64,000 nt of DNA from Cystobasidiomycetes sp. EMM_F5 (taxonomy: Eukaryota). The notes under the pieces were generated by a model. That model had not been told where the DNA came from and did not search any database. It worked only from the letters and a program-made list of their open reading frames with translations. The DNA is taken from NCBI GenBank assembly GCA_051047955.1, contig JBPGPT010000014.1, forward strand, positions 186,001 through 250,000, in the 5' to 3' direction. Positions 1 through 14,203 of this stretch are shown piece after piece (positions within the stretch are counted from its first letter, which is position 1; each line of letters begins with the position of its first letter). Both the position numbers and the translations under genes were made by a program.

Positions 1-709
1 GAGTTCCAGAACAGGAACGTCAGATGAGCATAACATCACATTATTCAGCCAGTAGTGTCTATCGAGGAGAGCGGATATTACTCTTTCCCGCCAAATTCGG
101 ATGGCATTTTCAAATGTGCGCTTCATCAGCGGGGATACGTGAATATGGAAGCTTCATACGCAGATCCGCAGCAGAGGGTCTCCGTGCCGTTGACTTATGC
201 CGCTGACAATCCGCTCACTCGAAACATCCCCAAACGCGATGTACAGACCCTGCGAGCCGAGCTAGGCAGAATTTGGCCAGCTTTGGCTAGGAAACCATTT
301 GCGAGCACACGAATGTGCTGGTACAGCGATACCTTGGACTCGCATTTCCTCATCTCGTACCATAAGCAATATGCTTCGCTGTTCTTGGCAACCGGCGACT
401 CCGGTCATGCATTCAAGGTGAGCCCAACGTGCCAGACAGACTCGACTCGACAAATGCTAATCAGCCATGTCGTCCTAGTTCTTGCCCATTATCGGTGAAT
501 ACAATGACGCTGAGTCTACGCGACGACTGACGAGCAAAGCAGGTGAACTTTGCGTTCAAGGCATTCAGCACAAGTTGCCCAGCGAGCTAGCCGAGGCATG
601 GTCGCATACGCGGGTAAGAGTGGCAGAGAAGCGAGACCGTGGGGAGACGGTATTGCGCGATTTGGATCTCGGCGAGGCAGCCACGGCTGCTGATTTAGCT
701 GCAGTATGA
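1..709 (+). CDS. FAD-dependent amine oxidase (sarcosine/L-pipecolate/fructosyl-amine oxidase family), 3' part; begins before the window
   Basis: Motifs GYYSFPPNSDGIFK, RMCWYSDT, FLATGDSGHAFK|FLPIIG; two short introns at about 418-478 and 496-543; stop TGA 707-709. Confidence 0.85.
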
Positions 710-958
710 CATTATATGCTTTGTGGTCATGTCTGTTGTTAGCTGCTTAGGCTGGACATCATGTGCTTGTCTCCTGCGCATAACTGCAGGCGCAGACCAG
801 GTCGGAAAGTTCAGTCCTGGAGATTCGGTACTAATTGTGGATGTAATGCATGCATTACATAGATGATGATCTCCGCAGCCGTGCAAGAAACCAGATGAGG
901 GTTCGGTCAAACAGGGCGAAATCACCCACAAACGTTTAGCTCAGCACCGCTGGACCAC

Positions 959-2649
959 ATGGATGCTGAGATTGTCATAGTTGGCGGAGGTCCGCACGAT
1001 TATAGCCAGTCCCGCGAAAGGTTGAGATTTCGACTGACATCGAACGCGCCGGCTTGGTGATCAGGTGTCTTTGGACTCTCGACCGCTTTGTCTTTGGCTA
1101 CGGGAAGCTATAAAGACAAGCCACACAGAATCTTGGTCATTGGTAGGGTTGTACTTGTGTTGAGCTGGTTGACACTCGCTGATCTCGATGCAGAGCAGAC
1201 CGTGATCCAAACTGTCCATCCCAAGATGCAGCTTCGAGCGACTACAACAAGATATGCAGAAACGATTATTCGGACCCCGCGTACTCTGAGCTAGCTCTCG
1301 ACGCCATGAAAGAGTGGAGCAGCAATCCTCTCTATCGACCTTACTTTCATCAGTCCGGTCGTGAGTCGATCTCCGCTATAACAATCATGGAAAGTGTACT
1401 CACGCAACGCAATTCGACTACAGTCGTTGTGACATCTAGTGCATTCGGTTCGCTGGGCGAAACCTACGTGCGAAGAAGCTTCGAATATTGCGCCAGGTTG
1501 CACGACTCAGGCCAAGCTAGTCGTCGACCAAGAATGCTGACCTCTACAGAGGAATATCGTGCTGCCTTACAGGCTACCCCATCTAAAATAGGTCCGATGC
1601 CCTCCGTGGCATACATTAACGAACTGTCTGGCTGGGCATGGTCGCGCGGTGCGATCGATGCTGTCGCTCGAAAGTGTCGAGATGCTGGGGTAACATTCGT
1701 GACCGGAGAGGTCAACAGCCTAATATTCGAAGATAACGATGTACGTGGCGCGCGTACGAGCGATGGAAAAGTATACAAATCAAGCAAGCTCGTTGTTCTC
1801 GCGGCAGGAAGCTGGTCGGCAGCAATTTCACCGGATCTTGAGGGCGACGTCGTTGCAAGTGGCCAAGTACTGGCTACTATGCAATTGGACTCTACCGAGC
1901 AGGCTGATTATGCGAAAATAGTAAGCTCGCTTCTTTACAGTACTTACAGATGCTCGAATTGATCGCCATATGTGACAGCCCGTCATTATCGATATGCACA
2001 CGGGCTTCTACGTGTTCCCGCCAAACGCTGATGGCGTCCTCAAATTTGCTTTACATCATCGGGGATACGTGAACAAGCAGCCCTCACTGTCTGATGAGAC
2101 TGTCAAAGTCTCAACGCCGCTGACCCATCATTTCGGGAAAGAACGCATGGATAACATACCGAAAGCAGCAGTCTTAAAGCTTCGTCAGGAGCTTGGTAAA
2201 TTCTGGCCAGCACTAGCTCGAAAGCCATTCGCGGGCACTCGAATGTGCTGGTACAGCGATTCACAAGATACGCACTTTCTGATATCTTATCACAAGAAGT
2301 ACAAGTCACTCTTTCTTGCGACGGGTGACTCAGGTCATGCATTCAAGGTTTGTCGTGTCCTATAACCCGAGGACAGCACGTTCTGACCGTATCGCCTTCG
2401 TCTTAGTTTCTGCCAATTATAGGTGAAAAAAATTATCCTCAATGCCACGTTCGTGGTAGCTGAAACAGCATTCTAGGGGGCCTTTGCGTACAAGCCATCG
2501 AGCATAAGTTACCAGCTGCATTGTCGGAAGCTTGGTCGCATGCACGCGAGAGGCAAGATTACAAGCCCGATCGTGGAGACTCAGTCCTACTGACCCTGGA
2601 CGTCAACGACCCCGCAACAGAAGTTGACTTGGCTGGATCTAGTGTATAG
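959..2649 (+). CDS. FAD-dependent amine oxidase, tandem paralogue of the preceding gene
   Basis: ATG 959 gives MDAEIVIVGG|GVFGLSTALSLA (Rossmann GxGxxG), VVLAAGSWS, RMCWYSDS, LATGDSGHAFK; stop TAG 2647-2649. Confidence 0.85.
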
Positions 2650-2952
2650 CAAGGGCCAGCCTGGCCCACATGCACGTCCTACATCAGAGTGTGATCGCAA
2701 CGAGTCAACGGGTCGTACCAGTGCATATGTCCGGCTTTTGCGAGCTTGCCTAATCTGGTGCGGCTTGCTTTGCGCAACAACACTTGCCTTACTGACCATC
2801 ACTGCGGACACTGAGATTTATGCATTACATTCTACGCTTCGAAGGTTGTTTGGACTGCAAAGCGGTCGATCGAATGCCGCATACATCGAGGCCGTATGTG
2901 GGAATTCCGCAATGACTTGTCTGCTGCCAGATACTAATTTTCTACTCTCCTT

Positions 2953-5031
2953 CTATTCATCGTACCCGCCTCCGCCCGTCATTAGATCCTCGTCAATCAT
3001 GCTGTTGACACCACCATCGAAGCCCGAAAAACCACCTCCAAAGCCCACATTCCCTGTTCCACGAGAAGCCGACTGCTGGTATGCCTTCTCGAGGAAGTTC
3101 CGCGAGCTGGAGATCTGAGAGTCCAGAGTAGATACTGTCCATTTGCTTGATTGTAATACGCTGAGAGCATTCGCAAGGTCTGCATTGACTTGAGATTTGG
3201 CTCGTGACACGGGAAGAAATTCGAGGTACAGCTTGGAACCGCCATCCAGTGTGACTTCTGTTATGCGAGCGGATAAACGCCTCGATGCAATCTGAATGTG
3301 CTATTTAGGTAGATTCACGCAACAGCAAGATGGTTCCAACTCACCATGTCCTCGACGACTCTGGCAAGGTATGTTTCGACCTGCTGTCCATCAAGATTCG
3401 GCGCATCTTGAATATCGAGGCCAGATTGCGATTGTTGAGCCTGATTGGCACCTTGAGACTCGTGTGCGGGACTCAGCGGCGGCTGGGCTGTTGAAACGTG
3501 TACAACGGTCGGCCGAGGTGTAAGTCCAACAAGGCGAGCCAAATGCTCCAATTCGACGGTGCCAAAGACCTTCTCCATCTTGAGGATGGCTCTCGCAGTC
3601 AGAGCATCAAGACATCGCTGCACCAAACCCCAGTTTCCATCTTGCTCAAATACCTTGCGATTGTGCGGCTCATTCACGTAAGATGTAATTTGCTTCCTGT
3701 CGAGCGTAGCGTGGAGGTTCGCGAACTCCAGATAGGGTGTGCTGAAAGACTGCTTGAACACTTGTACGAGATGACCGGAAACCGAACGCGGCAAAGAGGA
3801 GGTCTGATCAAGGCTCTTAAGTCAGAAGAAGCGTGGCGAGCAATACTTCAGCCGAATCTGGCGACGTACTTTACCGTTCAGCAAACACTGCACCAGTATC
3901 AAGCGTTTGTACGCATCGACCTGCATCAACGAAGTTGCTCCATTGTGGGCTGGAGCGCACACTGCCTGATACACGTTTAATACATCAGGCTGGTTCTTTG
4001 CGAGTTGTCGCGAGCGGAACAATGCATACCCTTTCCAGTAGGTCTGCAGCTTGAGAATAGTTCTCCACTGTTGCCAAAATTGTTCCACCATACAGGTGAT
4101 ATTTGAGATTGTCTTGATAAGTGACTGGAAACACCTGACACGTTTGTCATTTAGCTTCAATCATCTCTATGGCGGTCCAAGACTGGCCATGCTCACTCTC
4201 ATATCGATGGACGTCATGGGGACCTGGCAGAGGATGCGGGCTGCTTCTGACAGATCACCAGCGCGGAGACATGCGTAGAGGTACGTTGGGTACACGGCAT
4301 TGAGATAGAAGCCGTAGGTACCGGCAAAAGCTACGAGCAGATTGTGAAGCATGGTCACGGCTGTGCCTGGTTGATTGCGAAGGTAGTGATCAATGTACAA
4401 TCCCAGGAGACCGACTTGGTGTAGGGCACGAGTGCTCATTAGCTTGCTATTGGGTACTTTATTGCAACGACCCTACCTTTGTGAGGTGCGAGACGTAATT
4501 GGACACCGTCGGCGATTTGGCAGAATCCTGCAATGTACGGCAAGAGGACGGGCACATCTGCATTCTCCGCAGTGCATCTTGCTATGCTGCGATGGGAAAC
4601 AACGTGCGTCAGACTGTCAGTATCAACACACTACTCGACGCGGCTCACAGGATGTAGAGGAAGGCCAGACTGCCGTGAGTCTCTCGAGACTGAGCCAGTG
4701 CATGCAGTGGATCTGTGCCATCGAGCAGGCTGCTCTGCAGGACTATGTGTCCGGGCAGTCCTGCCGCTGTCCCTTTTGACTCAAGATACTGCAAGGCCGG
4801 CAGCAAGCTCTCGTTTACGAGCCTGAGGCGGCTGTCTTCATTTCCTCCAGACTGCGAGATGCTGAAGGCTGCACCGACGAGGCTGTCTACTGATTCGAGC
4901 GAGGTCGACGACGACGACGACGATGACGCTGCCCCGCGCTGCTGACTGCTGCCGCTGCCACCTGAGCTGCCAGACTGCCTCGTCGATGACCCAGACCCAG
5001 ACGCTCCAGCATTCCCGTTTGAAGAGGCCAT
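2953..5031 (-). CDS. CSN3: COP9 signalosome subunit 3 (PCI domain)
   Basis: Exons HGSLAFLYIL, QVDAYKRLILVQCLLNGK, FEQDGNWGLVQRCL and KVFGTVEL fit CSN3; Ser/Gly-rich N-terminus. Confidence 0.8.
4907..4928. repeat. (GAC)n microsatellite encoding poly-Ser in CSN3
   Basis: gacgacgacgacgacgatgac run within the first CSN3 exon. Confidence 0.7.
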
Positions 5032-5299
5032 GGTTGGACGAGCAATGCATGAGCAGTACTGCAATACAATCAACGAATGACAATGATCGGAAGTTGGCTA
5101 TTCTCTCAGCGCGAGTGCCAGAAAGTGAAGCAGAGTCTTAGAGTGGAGATGCTGAAATGCTTGCTCGTTGTTCAGTCGCGGCTACATTGTCGTGTCTCAA
5201 CTGCGGTCGTTTCGACGCCACCAATTTTTGTCGCACTTTACGCGCTCAGCAACTGGCCTGTCTTTTTTTATGGACAAGCCGAAGTTTTGGCCTTGAAAG

Positions 5300-7679
5300 A
5301 TGCTGCGAGGCTACAAGCCGTGCTCAAGATGTATGACGACAAGGCCAGGCGCCGTGACATCCTTCCTGCGCTTCTATGCGACTCCGACGGCTTCTCCGGC
5401 CAGCTCTTCGGCTCCTCAGACCTATATCGAGAAAGTCGTCCAGAAGCATGCTGTTGACTGGCCAGCCAGCAAGGCTGTACGAGCGGGCGACTATGTGACC
5501 ATCCGGCCGGCTCATGTCATGACCCACGACAATACTGGTCCGGTTATTTCAAAGTACGCTTCAGAATCGTGTTAAAAATACCCAGCACGAGACACCTTTC
5601 CTGAAGCTGCATCTGCTACAAACAGATTCAAATCGATTGGAGCAAGCAAGATTAGTAATCCCCGTCAACTCGTCTTTACCCTCGACCACGATGTTCAAAA
5701 CAAATCTAGCAAGAATCTAGAAAAATATGCAAAGATTGAAGCATTTGCCCGCCAACACGGCATAGATTTCTTTCCCGCCGGACGTGGCATAGGTCATCAG
5801 ATCATGATTGAAGAGGGATATGCCTTTCCGGGTTTACTGACAGTGTAAGCCATGAGACGCGTTGACCTGTAAATTTTCCTTTGAACGACCTCTTCTCGAC
5901 AGAGCTTCCGACTCCCATTCCAATATGTACGGTGGTGTGGGCTGTGTAGGGACAGCTATCGTCCGAACAGACGGTGCAGCTCTGTGGGCGACCTCAAAGA
6001 CCTGGTGGCAAGTACCTCCAATCATCAAAGTCTCCCTAACTGGCAAACTCGCACCAGGTGTGACCGGCAAAGACGTCATTGTTGCTCTGTGCGGCTACTT
6101 CAACAAGGATCAGGTACTCAACAGTGGGATCGAGTTTGTCGGCGACGGGATCAAGCATCTTTCGGTAGACGAGCGCCTTGCAATAGCAAATATGACAACC
6201 GAATGGGGAGCCCTGGCAGGCGTCTTTCCTGTCGACGACGTTCTGCTGACGTGGTACGAAGTGCAATTGCGGAAACTTGACTTTACAAGATTCAAGTTCG
6301 GTTCTTCTCCTTCGCCTTCCGCCAACCATCCTCGCCTCACAGCTCAGCGGCTGGAAGAACTTGCTCGCAAACCTGTTACTGCAGACTCGGATGCCTTCTA
6401 CTCTAAGCAGCTGACCCTTGATCTCTCCACTTTGGCCCCGCATGTGTCTGGACCAAACAGCGTAAAAGTCTCGACACCTCTGTCGGAACTTGCTGATCGC
6501 AATATCAACATCAACAAGGCATATTTGGTATCGTGCACAAACTCACGGGCATCGGATCTCCAAGCAGCTGCAGACGTCTTTCGGAACGGCGGAAGTGCGC
6601 AACGTGTTGCTCCGAACGTCGAATTCTACGTCGCGGCAGCTTCGAGCGTTGTTCAAGCTGAAGCCGAAGCAAGTGGAGACTGGGCAACTCTGGTCAATGC
6701 AGGAGCTAAAGTCCTACCTGCGGGATGCGGACCATGCATCGGGCTAGGTACCGGCTTGTTGGAAGACGGAGAAGTCGGCATTTCTGCTACGAACCGTAAC
6801 TACAAAGGTCGAATGGGCAGTCCAAAGGCTCAAGCCTACCTGGCTAGCCCTGCGGTTGTAGCAGCGTCAGCCATTGCAGGCCGGATATGCGGGCCAGGCA
6901 TGATGGACGCATCGACATTTTCACACCTTGCGCCTCAAATACACATGCAAGTCTTCAGCGAACCGTCCTCATATAGCTCACCTTCTGCCTCACAAAGCGT
7001 GTCGCCGTCATCTGATACACTCCTCCCGCAATTCCCAGCAGCATTCACAGGGGAAGTACTTTTTTGTCCAGAGGATAACCTCACCACAGATGCCTTGTAC
7101 CCAGGCAAATACACCTATCAAGACGACATAACCCCGTTGAAGCAGTCAGAGGTAGTCATGGAGAACTACGATCCAGCCTTTGCGTCCATGGTCGGCGGAC
7201 TCCGTGGATGCGCAGCGAAGCCTTCAGAGACTGCTATCGCACCTGCATACACATCACGCTCCGGTCATGGCTTTGTCGTTGTTGGTGGATACAACTTCGG
7301 CACTGGCTCATCGCGCGAACAAGCAGCAACGGCTCTCCGCAATGCTGGCATACCTCTTGTTATCGCAGGCAGTTTCGGTGACATTTTCAAACGCAATGCT
7401 ATCAACAACTCCTTGATCTGTGTAGAATGCCCGAAACTGGTCGATGACATGACCGCAATGTTTGCCAAGGACGGCAAGCGGAATAACAGTGGATCCACGG
7501 ACGGCAAGCTCACAGTAAAACCGAGCTGGCAACTTCGTCTCGATTCTGCAAGCGGTCAAATTAAGATAACGAAGGACAATGGTGAGGAGGTAGCCTATCA
7601 AGGCAGAAGTGTGGGGAAGAGTGTGCAAGAAGTGTGGCTGGCGGGTGGGCTCGAAGGCTGGATCAAACAAAGCATCTAA
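5300..7679 (+). CDS. LYS4: Mitochondrial homoaconitase (alpha-aminoadipate lysine pathway)
   Basis: Arg/Ser-rich presequence; [49 protein letters not shown]. Confidence 0.95.
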
Positions 7680-9326
7680 TCATGGTTAGGCATCACACGG
7701 CGATTATCGCATTTTGCATCAGTTGCGAGATATTTCTTCTTTCCTGGTGGCAACGCGTTACGTGCTGGCTACCATCCAGTGCATGCGTATGGATCCAATG
7801 TATGTGTTTCCCTGCCATTCTCGTCCATATGTCTATTCACGCGGAAGCTTGAAAGGTCATCTCCACCTTGCCATTAGTTGACATGATGATGACCGCCGGC
7901 CTCGAAGACAGCGTGCTATGTCGAGCTGTGATTTGTTCCGAAAACCTGCCACCGCATACGTATGCATATGCTTCAAGGGAACTGCAAAAAGCAACGTCAA
8001 TATTTTGATAAGTCCGGGCCGGGTCAGAATTCAGGTCCAGGGGTTGCCTTCGCGTCCGCCGAGGCCTGGCCGGGTCTTCGTCAGGCTGAAGACTGGCATT
8101 CCAGCTGACCTGAGCTAGTGCGCTGCAAGCAGCCCCGCGTATATGTACGCGTAAAGTGCTTGGAAGTCGTACGATTCAAGGCTTCGGAAGCCGTGTCGTT
8201 GCGGAGTATGTAGGAGAACGGAAGAAAACAGGCACAGTTTACCAAAGACAATTCCGTGACGATGTCAAGAGAAGTCACACCACCACCCATTGACGAGCAG
8301 AAGAGCAGGGCTGATGTGAAATGGAAAGCCAGCTTCCAGCTTTCAGTAGAGGTGGTAATTTGGGGTTGGCATTGCACGCTTTCCTGCGCTCTAGGGCAAA
8401 TTTGAATCAGTTGTTGTGACAGCCGCGTATGCCCCGAAGCGGGAGTATGACTCCGGCCGAAAGCTCACAACCCAAGCCAGGAGCGCTCCAAACACATTTT
8501 GCGAAGCCGGCCTCGGGTGTCGTAAAGCAACCCACAGGCAAAGATGAGCAGAGAGCAAATACATCAAGCAGAGTTTGCGGTCCGTATAATGCGCTAGTGC
8601 CGTCTCAAAATTCAGCTGTTGCCGCCTGCTCAAACCACTGCAGCTGCGTTTGGCCAGCAAGGATCCTGCATATATCTCCCAGCTTGCACCGGGCTGCTGG
8701 TTTACAGGCATAAAGTGCCAGCATTTAGCAAGCCAACGCGACCAAGTAGCTCGCAATCAGTACGGCGGCGGCGTTCGAGTCGTTGGACGGAGTGAAGCAA
8801 AGGAGAGAAGGGCCGAGCACGCTGGAACGATAGGGACGTCCGACGGGTAACGGTCCCGCTGACGAGAGACAGAAGGCTTCGGAGAGCTTTGACTCTGATT
8901 GCAGCTGCCATACGTTACGGGACTCCTGGACACGCTTTCGCAACAACAATCCTGTTCACTGTGCCGGCGCCATACAAATCCTGCCGGGCACTCTTCGCCT
9001 ATAACATCTGCTTGAAGCTCGTTCCTACATACCGCTAATTGCCGGCCGAAGGAACGGACGCTTAAGACATTTCGCCGCGAGCAGCATTCGCAGTCGCAAC
9101 AACCTGCCGACCATCGTCGCTATAACGCGTTGAATCTAATCGGATCCATTGCGCTCCACCTTCGCTGAGCATCTGAAGCAATTCGTGGCGTACCTGTGAC
9201 GCCCGATAAATCAGCAGGATCATCTTGACTCAACGGCGGACAAGACCTAGACACTATCATTGCTGGTATCGCGCTCAATACCTTTACCACCCATCTGCGC
9301 GCCAACTTCGATGATCGAGCGGCAGT

Positions 9327-11951
9327 ATGGTTGACAGTGAGCTCGCACTGCCTGCTTTTCGTGGATATATTGGAGATACACTGGACGCTCTATTAATATT
9401 TGAAGGTGAGCTTGCTTTTTGGCAACTACTGCCGTTGCAGGCTTCGCTGATACAGTTGGAATCCTGCCTTAATTTGCGACTAGGATGCCGCCGCGGAGTG
9501 CTCTACAGAGTGCAAGGCCGTCTTTCCGATGCGCAGCGCAAAGACATCAAGTCTGGGGACGTTTACGTATTTAGCGAAGAGGAGAGCAAAATCCGCAGGT
9601 GCATTCGAGTCTGCTTAGACTCGAAATCGGACCAGGGTCTGACATTACGATTTCGCGTATCAGATGGACAGATGGCCGTAGGTGGTCACCAAGCCGTATC
9701 ATGGCCAACTTTCTCATCTATCGGTGCGTCTTACGCATATCGTACGAATCACACTTAGGCTTACTTACTCCCATTCCAGCGAGCTGGAAGGCGAAGAGCC
9801 CAGGCACAAACCAGCTTCGGCCAGAATGGTTGAGGACAGCTTGTCTTTGGAACGAGCACCGTGGCCGCAAGAAGAGGAGCTGGACATAAAGCCAGATCTG
9901 GACCCGTTAGCAAGCCCATATTCGGATGATGAAGCAGCGAATAGCCTTATCAAGTCTCTGCCTGGCAATCATTCCAGTGGTCGCTTCAAGGAAAATGGTT
10001 TGATAAAGAAGACTATTTCCATAGCCGGATTGCATATGATCAGCTGTAAGCCGTGTGATCCTCGTTGAGCATCGGCCAGAGCAACTGATCTCACTCTCAT
10101 GCCACATATCGCATTACAGATTACTTGGCCAGAGATGTAGCCAACCACACGTTGTCCCTCCCTTCCAGTCATCCCGACATCGCAGCGTTCAAGATCGATC
10201 ACCACTTCCTGATGGCACAGTACTTTCGACATCCTCCGCAGGTCTCCTTCGGAGAAGACGGCCTTCCCACTTTTGCCGGCTTAACTGATGACGAGCCAAT
10301 GGTGCGACGAGTATCGCATAGACCTCGTCGAAGGAGGGATCGTAGCGAAATGCAGACTTGGAATTCTGCAAGACAGCCGAGTGGGCAGGGTCGGTCTGTA
10401 GAATCGGACTGTATGCCTTCCTCTATCGGGGTCCAGCACGGTGCAGGAGTGACGAGTCATACGACACCGACAAGTGTGAGCGCAACAGTTGCAGAGGCAA
10501 GTGCGCAAGCTCAGAAACTACCGACGACCTCTGCCGCGCAGGCGCCGTCAGCACAGAATGCAAACGGTACAACCGCGGTTACTTCCGCGAACGACAGCAG
10601 ACGTAGCTCTAGGTCATCCATAGGCGGGTACAGATCGTCCACTACGGATCCGGTACGCCATGAACCTTATCGAATACCGACTGGACGGCCGAATTCATCA
10701 TGCTCTTCGCATCACGATGCGCAATCGCTGACCTCGCCGTTCATTTATGGTCACCCTGCTGTCGGCACAGATGATCCGTATTACGGGCAGCAGTATATCG
10801 CAACAGGGAGTTTGTATACACCCCCGATAAGTAGACAGTACCGGTCTCCGTCATACTCTTCATTTCAAGGGTCGCCTGCCATGCAAGCGGGTTCTTGTCA
10901 TGCTGTATATACGGCTACTCCACCGACAAGTGCTGGATATCCATCACCTTATTTTCCTTTTCCACACGGTGCAGCAGCAAGGCCTCCAGACATTATCGAC
11001 GATGAGTATCGCGAGCAAGAGGTTGCGGGCGGGGTCCCCGTCAGCTACGGGCGCGATGAAGACATGCGGCCCATGACCATGAGCGACAACACACGCAGCC
11101 GCCCAGATCTGTCCATTTGCACGGATACCTACAATCCAGCGTACTACCCGACGTATTATCCATCGTCAATGGTGCCTTCGCTCGTATCATATCCGCCTCA
11201 AAACGATGCGCAACATCGTTCTCGATTAGCCTCCGTCTCTTCCACTGCGTCAGCTCCGCTTCCTCGCGACGCATACACTTCTTCCGTAGCGCACCGATAC
11301 TCTGTAAGTTCATTGCAGGCATCTACGCCAGCGAGTTCTGTCAATCTAGACCAGAGCGCTTCATCAGCGAGTGTGTATGATCCGACACATCAATCTTACC
11401 ATCTGCATACACCGGGGATGTTTGCCATTCCGCAACTTGAACACCCTACCCTACCCGTACACTTACAGGGTCCAAATCGTTACTACATCGGGGGCGAAAT
11501 TGTGACTTCTCCTTCATCTTCATTTGCCCATAGTACACGTCCTACGCCCGTGCAGGAATCTCTCAACGCATACCGTCAACCGCGCATTATAAGCGCTTTT
11601 CCCCCTACGTCAGCAAGTGCTCCGTCGACAATGGAAAGTCATCTACGTCAGCAACCTCTTCTCTTAACCCGTACGGCCCACTCTCCGTTAATGCCGCATT
11701 CGGCAGCTTACAGTCATTCACCCAGTCTACCAGTGATTCAACAGTCACCGGTTGACGCAGCCTTCGGCCAGCAAGTATCGGATGCATATTCAGTGAATAC
11801 GGGAACGGCTCCTCCACCGTATGCCTCAAGAGTGGATACGCCGACTTGTAGCAATATTGGCAAGACTCAGTCCCCGCTTGGTCGGCCTCTTTCGGCAATT
11901 ATGTCAGAAACGCCGGCTCCCTCAACCTTCCTTGAGTTTCCAAGTTCGTGA
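9327..11951 (+). CDS. Gti1/Pac2 (WOPR) family transcription factor
   Basis: FRGYIGDTLDALLIFE, IKSGDVYVF, RRWTDGRRWSPSR, GLIKKTISI, HMISYY across introns; long S/P/Y-rich tail. Confidence 0.9.
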
Positions 11952-12246
11952 TAGCGCACCGCATTAAGCTTGAGAGTGATTTGGCAAGCCTCGTTTACAT
12001 GAACATAGCAGATTATCTTCAGGCGGATTGTGCATGCCCTAATACCGCAGTCTGGGAAGCCGGGTACTCCCAATATGTATCCTTAGTCTGTATTTATAGG
12101 AGTTGGAAACACGCTCGCATGATACGAGATGCAACGCGCCCACTCTCCAGATCAAATGCGCTGTTTCGTCGCCACATTTTCATACCGTACCTGTCCTGAG
12201 GTCCGCTGCTTTACAACCGAGCTCACACCGCTTCTTTTGAACCAGC

Positions 12247-13988
12247 ATGCGTATCCATTGATGAATGTGATGCTCTGGACGTCCTTCACTTTTTAGCAGG
12301 ATATCAGAATCGCGACAATCGCAGTCGCACGTACGTAGCTGATGCCGAAATGACCGTGCTTAGCGATGAGGATGAACCGGAGCTGGATCCAGACCTGCTC
12401 ATTGGTGAATACCTAGTTCAAACTGTCAAGCACGTCTGACGCTATGATTTTGTCTTGATTGCATACAGATATCACGGAATATCGCGAGAGCCTGTCAGGC
12501 TCAGGGACTGGCTTTGGCGATTTTGGCGATGAAGCCAGATACGACGATCACGATGTGCTAGGACACTTGCAACATGGTCCTGACGAAGACTTGCAATCGC
12601 ATTTTGGGACGAGCGAGACAGGGCGACTACGAAGGACCGGCAGTATTGCTACAATGCACACCCTCGCCTTTGAGCTCGCTAGCGCCTCTGAATCTAGAAT
12701 GAGTGACAACGATCTCCTCGCTAGTCTGGATGCAAATTCTTTACCGCCAGAAAGGTCGCGCGAAGTCGATGACATGGACCGCCTGCCCGCCCTTGACGTT
12801 GCGCAGGCATTCGTGTCACACCCATCTACGCCTGGAATGCACAACAAGGCAGTACGATCAACAACGAGTCGCGCTTCCATTAGGTCCCAGCGCATGTCTG
12901 GAGACTGGCGAAGAAATGGGCCAACGTCCCCGCAAGACCCGTCTGCACCGGCCGCGCGCGAAGACGAGGAGGCCAGCGCGCTGTTCACTCAGTACGACGA
13001 CATCCTGCGCAATAACATTGGAAGCATCGCATCATTCCTCGTGTTGCTGAAGGGGTGTTTATCGACAGACTGTTATGCGCCATCAGATGAATCTGATATG
13101 CTCGCGGTGACCGAACGGTCCGCGTCCAGACTTACCAAGGCAACGTATGAGCTCTTCAAGAAGCGGGAAGATCAGTGCAAGGAATTGAAGGAAATATTGA
13201 CGCAGCTGGACGATTGCGACCCAGTGTGGCAAACCATTATTTCTGAGATGCCAGACCTGCCGGTGTGGGCAAACCCGACAAATTCTTCAGACCTACAAAA
13301 TCAGGCTGTGGCTCGATTTGGGGTTGATACTGGAAGCACATCACCATCTCAATTCGGTACTGCCGACCATGGTAGAAATATCACTACAGCACTCGCCAAT
13401 TTGCGAAGGTCCAATGAAGCGCTTGTCGACAGCTTTGGAAACCTTGCCGAGCAATTGCAAGTCGGAAAAGCGGCCACGACAGATGCGGCCCGCAAGATGA
13501 GAACGCTCGAGCAAACGCTTAGCCGAATGAAGCAGGAGATGGAATTCACTGAGCATAGCCGCGAAAAGATTTCAGTCTGGGAACGTGACATTCCGAAAAC
13601 TGAACTCAATAGCTCGCGTCGACGGTCGGTAATGGTCAGCGCTCTTCCTGGCCTGGCCTCTCCTCGCAGCCGAAAGACAAGTACAAGCAGCATTACATCC
13701 AATGGCAGTGGGCTCGGCGAAATGAGCATCGTTCATGGCACACTTGGTCGGCAAGCTAAAGGCGAACTGGTGGCCGCTAGTGCCTTGATAGAGGCGACGC
13801 ACACAGAGCACACCTCTTGCTGTCATGCGGATAGTCACCAGTATTACTGCAAACGGATGCATACAACCCCTGTCATCAGTGTGCTGGACATCATTGGCAG
13901 ATTTCACGAATTTTCGAGGCCAGGATACGTTCGTGTCGAGCACTCTGTCGTATTGCATTCAGAAGTCTTAGTCACATCCAAGCATTGA
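12247..13988 (+). CDS. Hypothetical protein, acidic N-terminus and probable coiled-coil C-half
   Basis: Spliced start ATGC|intron|CAGGATAT...CTCATTG|intron joins the 509-codon ORF 12459-13988; exact C-terminus uncertain. Confidence 0.65.
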
Positions 13989-14203
13989 GCTGGTCCACGT
14001 ATCGCTGTTAGTGGTATTCTGTTGTTGTTGTTCTCTCAGTCGATGCAAGTTCGTATTGCATGCGATTCTCCCCCACCGTCCCGCTCTGCACGCGTAAAGT
14101 GCGTTGGTGGCGTCAACTCGACGCGTTGCAGATTGTTGCCTGCGAGATTCAGGTTTAGCTCGTGATAAAAGGCTGCACGGATAACTTGCTGCACTGCGAC
14201 ATC

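Noticed and set aside
2624..3118. This and the many other 60-190 aa ORFs antisense or off-frame to real exons
   Set aside because: They are shadow ORFs without motifs, often with non-ATG starts.
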